Shown in pieces: positions 59,064 to 64,000 of a DNA stretch of 64,000 nt. Source of the DNA: an uncultured virus (IMG/VR IMGVR_UViG_2636416135_000002) (lineage: Duplodnaviria; Heunggongvirae; Uroviricota; Caudoviricetes); the IMG/VR virus record IMGVR_UViG_2636416135_000002; one strand, 5' to 3'. A model generated the notes under the pieces. The model was not told where the DNA came from. It worked only from the letters and a program-made list of their open reading frames with translations, and searched no databases. The translations under genes and the position numbers were made by a program. Position 1 is the stretch's first letter. The number at the start of each line of letters is the position of its first letter.

Positions 59064-59657
59064 ATGATGAAGATAGAAAAATGGGACGAAATCAATGGAG
59101 CCAGCCATGAGAAAAAGCTAGAAGCATTTATTGAATCGACCAACGACTGCTATGCCATCATGCAGCTTAAAAGAACGGAAGAAACAGCAATGGAACGATT
59201 TGCTTCGATGACAGAGCTGAACTATTTGGGAAAGACGCCACAGATCGATCATTATGAAATCGTTTATGTCGCACCTATGGAATCGACTGAACCGCAGAGC
59301 GTTCTGCTTGAAAGCCTATACGAAAAATTCAACCTCTATCATCCGGAAGATTTTCGAGGACATAGTTTATCGGTCAGCGACATCGTGGCATTGAAAACAA
59401 ATGATATGGTATCCTGCCATTACGTTGATACGATTGGTTTCAAAGAACTGCCGGACTTTATGAAGCCTGAGAACTATTTGAAAAATGCAGAAATGTCGAT
59501 GGAAGATGATTATGGAATGATTGACGGTGTCATCAACAACGGAAAAGGCATGGATAGTCTGGAGAAACCATCTGTTTTAGAAAAACTGAAAGAACCGTCA
59601 GCCATAGGAGAAATCAAAAAGCCTTCCAAAGCACATTTGGAAAGAGAGCTGGAATGA
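59064..59657 (+). CDS. YodL plus DUF4316-like protein
   Basis: HPEDFRGHSLSVSDIV; NYLKNAEMSMEDDYGMIDGVINNG. Confidence 0.8.
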   Translation: MMKIEKWDEINGASHEKKLEAFIESTNDCYAIMQLKRTEETAMERFASMTELNYLGKTPQIDHYEIVYVAPMESTEPQSVLLESLYEKFNLYHPEDFRGHSLSVSDIVALKTNDMVSCHYVDTIGFKELPDFMKPENYLKNAEMSMEDDYGMIDGVINNGKGMDSLEKPSVLEKLKEPSAIGEIKKPSKAHLERELE

Positions 59658-59863
59658 TGGAATTTACGCATGATGAAAAAATATTGATACTGATTTATCA
59701 GACAGGAACAAGAAAAGATTTGATTGAAACATTGGAACAGATGAAAGCACAGCTTGATTATGATGAAACAGAACTAAAGGAAATGAGCGAATCGCTTCTT
59801 CTGAAGCTGAACAGGATGAGCGACAAGGAATTCGACGGTCTGTGCTTTTATCCAGACATTTAA
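59654..59863 (+). CDS. Transposon-transfer-assisting (TTRAP-like) protein
   Basis: FTHDEKILILIY...KLNRMSDKEF. Confidence 0.7.
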   Translation: MMEFTHDEKILILIYQTGTRKDLIETLEQMKAQLDYDETELKEMSESLLLKLNRMSDKEFDGLCFYPDI

Positions 59864-59880
59864 GGACGGGAGGTTAGCAG

Positions 59881-62800
59881 ATGAATCAAAAAGAAAAATA
59901 CTATGCCAGCGTAGCTGCAAGTACGATTAAGGAAATCTCAAGCAGTGTGGAATCATGGACTTCGTTTCTTACGACGATGGGAAAGAACTATGATTTCAGC
60001 TATCCGGATCAAGTGATGATCCATGCCCAGCGACCGAATGCGACGCTATGTATGGAATTTGACCAGTGGAAAGAAGAAAAGTACAGATATGTGAAGCGAG
60101 GCTCTAAAGGAATCGCCTTGTTCGTTACGGATAGCGAAAAACCTTATCTTAGATATGTATTTGATGTTTCGGATACCGGCAGCCGAAGAAATTCTCGTGA
60201 GCTTGAAAAACTATGGAAATTTGATGACATTCATCGTATTCCGATTCAAGAAGCTATGGAGAAAGCTTATGGAGCTAAAAAAGAATGGAACATGGAAATG
60301 CAGCTTCAAAATGTTGCAGAAAAGCTTGCGGAAGAATATTTCAACGACAGAAGAAACGAGATGGCTGACATCATTGCGGAATCTTTCTTAGAAGGTTATG
60401 ATGAACTTAACATAGAAGTAGCCTTTACAAGAGCAGTATCAACAAGCGTTGCCTACAGCCTTTATTCAAGATTGACGGATAATGCGGAAGCCTACTTCGA
60501 TGAGGAAGATTTCAGAAATATCTTTGAATTCAACACAAGGAAAAGCATCAATGCTTTAGGTACAGCAGTCAGCACAATCAGTACCGAGATGTTTCTTGAA
60601 ATCGAAAAGACAGTGATTGCATTTGAACAACAAAAAGAGGTCGAAAGGAGCGAGAGATATGACGACACAGATGAACTACAGCCAGATTGGAGAATATTTG
60701 ATTCCGGAAATTCAGTTACAGAACACAGAAGCGAAGCCATTGGGAAAATACGCAAGGATGAGGAGAGCGTTCCTCAAGGAGAACAAACCGATGACTTACA
60801 ACGACATGATTTTGACGGAGACATTGTTTCCGCACCTTTGGGAAGTGGACGAAACAGCGAACAAGAGAATGGAAGTGCTGATGAGCCAGTTGCTGGAGAA
60901 GAATCCGGCACCGAGCAAGAAGGAAAACCAGATGTCTTGGGTGCAGCACATGAACGCACTAAAGGCACAAGCCGAAGAAATGATTATGACGGAGTTAATC
61001 AACAACTAACCTTAGACCTGTTCCTAAGCGAGCAGGAACAGATCAGATGGATAGATGAAGCGGAGAGCGTAGAAAGCAATGCGACCTTCGCTTTTTCTTT
61101 TGCCCAAGAAGATATTGATACCATCCTGATCCATGGAAGCAATACTGATAATGCCAGAATGATGGTTGCGACAGAATTTATGAAGCAGAAATCAGCTGAT
61201 GAAATTGCTGAAAGCTTGAAAACAATCTATCATGGCGGATACGGTCTTAAAACAAGTAGAGGTGCGGTTTCTGCTTGGTATGGAGAAGATGGCATTCACT
61301 TGGCTAAGGGAAATACAGCAAGATATTCTGATGTGAATATCATTTCTTGGAAAGAAGCGGCAGAGCGTATCAGTGAACTGCTTGAAAACGGGCAGTTCGC
61401 AACCAATGTGGAGCTTGTTGAAGCAGAAAACTTTGAAAAAACACAGATTGCACAGAAACTGTGGTATCTTGTGCGTGATTTCAGCGATGAAAGCAAGGAA
61501 CTTCATCTTTTTCCAAGTCTTTCAGATATCAGAGGCATTGGATTTCCGAATGAAACCAAGGAGCTTGCTCAAAAACTGAATGATACTCACTTCTGCAATC
61601 AGCTAGCTGCTGAATATGAAGATTTTATCCGGAAGTACGAAGCAGACAGAAGCATTCTTCGTTTTCACTATCATCGTGTATATGATTTGGAAAAATCAAT
61701 CAAAGAACTTTTTCTTGAACGAAGGAACTATCAAACTGAAATGTTCGACTTCCCTGAAAGAAAAACCTTTATTACGGACGATGAAATCAACGCAGACCTT
61801 GCAAGAGGCAGCGGCTTTTCCGGTGGAAAAGGAAGAATCTATGATTATTTTACGGAAAGCCACGATACGAAAAGCAAGGCAGACTTTTTGAAAAATGAGT
61901 TCGGTACAGGTGGTCATTCTCATGCCTTGTCCGGTGCGACTCATAGCGGACAGGATCATAGTGCCAAAGGAATTGTTTATAAAAAAGAGGGCTGTGAAAC
62001 TGTCAATCTGAACTGGACGCAGGTAGCAAACCGTATCAGCGAGCTGATAAAAAAAGACCGTTATCTGACAGCTGAGGAGCTTGAAAAAAGACAATTAAAA
62101 GAAGCCGAGCCATTAGGAGCTGAGGTGGTGAAAGAAGCGACAATAGAAGCAGATGAAGTTTTAGAAGACATTGCTGCTGAAGAAGTATTAGAGGACTATC
62201 CTTTTGCGGTCGGTCAAAGAGTGTTTCTTGAAGGTACGGAGTTTGAGATTACAGAAATCAGAGAGCATGAAGTACAGCTTCTTGATCCGTCTTTGCTCTA
62301 TCCGATCTTTCGAGTGGAAAGCAAAGCTGATTTTGAACGATTGGTGGAGCTTGAAGAAAAGAATGAAGAAATCAAAGAAGAAACTGTTGAGATACCGGCA
62401 GCCAACTACACCATCAGCAACGAGCATTTAGGTGAAGGCGGTCCGAAACAGAAGTTTGCAAGAAACATTGAAGCAATAAAACTGCTTTATGACTTGGAAA
62501 AAGAAAATCGGAATGCGACTTTTGAAGAACAGGAGATATTGTCGAACTATGTCGGCTGGGGTGGACTTGCTGACGCATTTGACAGCAATAAGCCAAACTG
62601 GTCAAACGAATATCAGGAACTGAAGAATCTGCTTCCAGAAAAGGAATATGAGATGGCACGAGCTTCGACGCTGAACGCCCATTATACAAGTCCGGTAGTC
62701 ATTAAGGCGATGTATGAAGCGTTGTCGCAGATGGGATTTAAAACAGGGAATATCTTGGAGCCATCTATGGGGATTGGCAACTTCTTTGGGCTTCTTCCGG

Positions 62801-64000
62801 AATCCATGAGAGGAAGCAATCTTTACGGAGTTGAGCTTGATTCTATCACTGGTCGTATTGCCAAAAAGCTTTACCCGAATGCTGATATTAAAATTAGCGG
62901 ATTTGAAAAAACAGATCGAAGGGATTTCTATGATATATCTATCGGCAACGTGCCTTTCGGGAATTACAAGGTCAGTGACAAACCATACGACAAGCTTGGT
63001 TTTTCAATCCACAACTATTTCTTCGCTAAGGCTCTGGATCAAGTAAGACCGGGCGGTATCGTTGCTTTTGTTACAAGTCGCTATACGATGGATCAGCAGA
63101 GTCCCGATGTCAGACAATATCTTGCTCAAAGAGCAGAGCTTCTTGGTGCAGTCAGACTTCCCAACAACGCATTTAAAGCCAATGCCGGAACAGATGTTGT
63201 GTCAGATATTATCTTCTTGCAGAAACGGGATCATCCGATTGACATTGAGCCGGATTGGGTGCATTTGGGACAGAGTGAAGATGGATTTGCCATTAACAGC
63301 TATTTTGTCGAAAATCCTCAGATGGTGCTAGGAAGGCTTGAAAGTCAGTCAACCCAGTACGGTAAAGAAGAATGTACGGTTGCTCCGATTGAGGGTACAG
63401 AACTATCAGAGCTTTTAAGCAATGTAATCAAGAATATTAACGGAAGCTATGTTGAAGCAGAGGTATCGGAACAGCCACTTGTGGGAGCTGCGGAAACTAT
63501 TCCGGCAGCACCGGATGTAAAGAACTTCTCTTATGCTGTGGTTGATGATGAAATCTATTTCAGAGAAAACTCAGTGATGAGGCTTTGTGATTTCAATGAT
63601 ACTGCCAAAGGCAGAATCAAAGGCATGGTAGAGCTGAGAAAAATCGTCAATGAGCTGATTGACTATCAGTTGAATGATTACTCCGACGAGGATATCAAAA
63701 CGAAGCAGAAAGAGTTGGATATAGCTTATGATGAATTTTCATCTAAGTATGGCTTGCTTAATTCAAGAGCCAACTCGATGGCATTTGCAGATGATTCTTC
63801 CTACTACCTTTTATGCTCCCTTGAGAACATTGATGAAAACGGAAATCTTGAAAGTAAGGCGGATATGTTTACCAAAAGAACGATCCGACCGGAAGTTAAC
63901 ATTACAAGCGTGGATACGCCGATTGAAGCGTTGGCAATCTCCATCGGAGAAAGAGGTGTGGTAGATCTTCCGTATATGGCAGAGCTTGTAGGTACGCCAG
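59881..64000 (+). CDS. Giant ArdC-like/N6-methylase protein of the ICE methylase-SNF2 helicase (DarB-like) family; runs off the window, absent from the ORF track
   Basis: Hand translation: IHAQRPNAT and VKRGSKGIAL at the N-terminus; YVGWGGL, STLNAHYT, LEPSMGIGNF and IGNVPFG in the same frame. The helicase part is inferred to lie beyond the window. Confidence 0.88.
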   Translation, partial: MNQKEKYYASVAASTIKEISSSVESWTSFLTTMGKNYDFSYPDQVMIHAQRPNATLCMEFDQWKEEKYRYVKRGSKGIALFVTDSEKPYLRYVFDVSDTGSRRNSRELEKLWKFDDIHRIPIQEAMEKAYGAKKEWNMEMQLQNVAEKLAEEYFNDRRNEMADIIAESFLEGYDELNIEVAFTRAVSTSVAYSLYSRLTDNAEAYFDEEDFRNIFEFNTRKSINALGTAVSTISTEMFLEIEKTVIAFEQQKEVERSERYDDTDELQPDWRIFDSGNSVTEHRSEAIGKIRKDEESVPQGEQTDDLQRHDFDGDIVSAPLGSGRNSEQENGSADEPVAGEESGTEQEGKPDVLGAAHERTKGTSRRNDYDGVNQQLTLDLFLSEQEQIRWIDEAESVESNATFAFSFAQEDIDTILIHGSNTDNARMMVATEFMKQKSADEIAESLKTIYHGGYGLKTSRGAVSAWYGEDGIHLAKGNTARYSDVNIISWKEAAERISELLENGQFATNVELVEAENFEKTQIAQKLWYLVRDFSDESKELHLFPSLSDIRGIGFPNETKELAQKLNDTHFCNQLAAEYEDFIRKYEADRSILRFHYHRVYDLEKSIKELFLERRNYQTEMFDFPERKTFITDDEINADLARGSGFSGGKGRIYDYFTESHDTKSKADFLKNEFGTGGHSHALSGATHSGQDHSAKGIVYKKEGCETVNLNWTQVANRISELIKKDRYLTAEELEKRQLKEAEPLGAEVVKEATIEADEVLEDIAAEEVLEDYPFAVGQRVFLEGTEFEITEIREHEVQLLDPSLLYPIFRVESKADFERLVELEEKNEEIKEETVEIPAANYTISNEHLGEGGPKQKFARNIEAIKLLYDLEKENRNATFEEQEILSNYVGWGGLADAFDSNKPNWSNEYQELKNLLPEKEYEMARASTLNAHYTSPVVIKAMYEALSQMGFKTGNILEPSMGIGNFFGLLPESMRGSNLYGVELDSITGRIAKKLYPNADIKISGFEKTDRRDFYDISIGNVPFGNYKVSDKPYDKLGFSIHNYFFAKALDQVRPGGIVAFVTSRYTMDQQSPDVRQYLAQRAELLGAVRLPNNAFKANAGTDVVSDIIFLQKRDHPIDIEPDWVHLGQSEDGFAINSYFVENPQMVLGRLESQSTQYGKEECTVAPIEGTELSELLSNVIKNINGSYVEAEVSEQPLVGAAETIPAAPDVKNFSYAVVDDEIYFRENSVMRLCDFNDTAKGRIKGMVELRKIVNELIDYQLNDYSDEDIKTKQKELDIAYDEFSSKYGLLNSRANSMAFADDSSYYLLCSLENIDENGNLESKADMFTKRTIRPEVNITSVDTPIEALAISIGERGVVDLPYMAELVGTP
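60659..61009 (+). CDS. tnpV: TnpV-family protein nested in the +1 frame of the giant gene
   Basis: 116 aa: YSQIGEYLIP, LGKYARMRRAFLKE, LFPHLWEVD, WVQHMNALKAQAEE; RBS GAAAGGAG at 60643-50. Confidence 0.8.
   Translation: MTTQMNYSQIGEYLIPEIQLQNTEAKPLGKYARMRRAFLKENKPMTYNDMILTETLFPHLWEVDETANKRMEVLMSQLLEKNPAPSKKENQMSWVQHMNALKAQAEEMIMTELINN
61058..61101 (+). terminator. Terminator-like hairpin after the nested tnpV, inside the giant ORF
   Basis: AAGCGGAG...CTTCGCTT stem running into TTTCTTTT. Confidence 0.5.

Larger units (their letters stand above)
39750..64000 (+). mobile_element. Tn1549-like integrative conjugative element inserted in pglX; right end, relaxase and recombinase outside the window
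   Basis: Gene order repA-parA-parB-pcfB-virD4-maff2-virB6-MT-A70-prgI-virB4-nlpC-DUF4315-DUF4366-topB-methylase/helicase. Confidence 0.9.

Noticed and set aside
60460..60640. Dedicated SigA promoter for the nested tnpV
   Set aside because: TTGACG and TTGAAA hexamers are present, but neither has a credible -10 at 16-18 bp.

Overview
Firmicutes-type (likely Clostridiales) accessory region with three adjacent layers. (1) Bases 1-29.8 kb, minus strand: most of a siphovirus-type prophage running from a sigma-like regulator through a PolA/primase replication module, packaging and HK97-type head to the tail. It has a RelB/RelE-ParE toxin-antitoxin insert and an in-frame stop in the last visible tail gene. 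(2) 30.0-39.75 kb, plus strand: a defence cluster with an ABC-three-component (Lamassu-like) system, an XRE regulator and a type 1 BREX locus. brxC carries an in-frame TAG and pglX is cut exactly at its catalytic N-PPY motif. (3) From about 39.75 kb to the window end: a Tn1549-like conjugative element (RepA_N, ParAB, VirD4/VirB6/PrgI/VirB4/NlpC, TopB, giant methylase/helicase gene) with an AT-rich MerR-led cargo. Most notable: a complete TnpV-like gene with its own RBS and a terminator-like hairpin nested in the +1 frame of the giant gene; the insertion point in pglX; a switch-like structured leader upstream of the phage sigma gene; and cis sites inside repA and parB. Family assignments come from motif recognition only; no database search was run.
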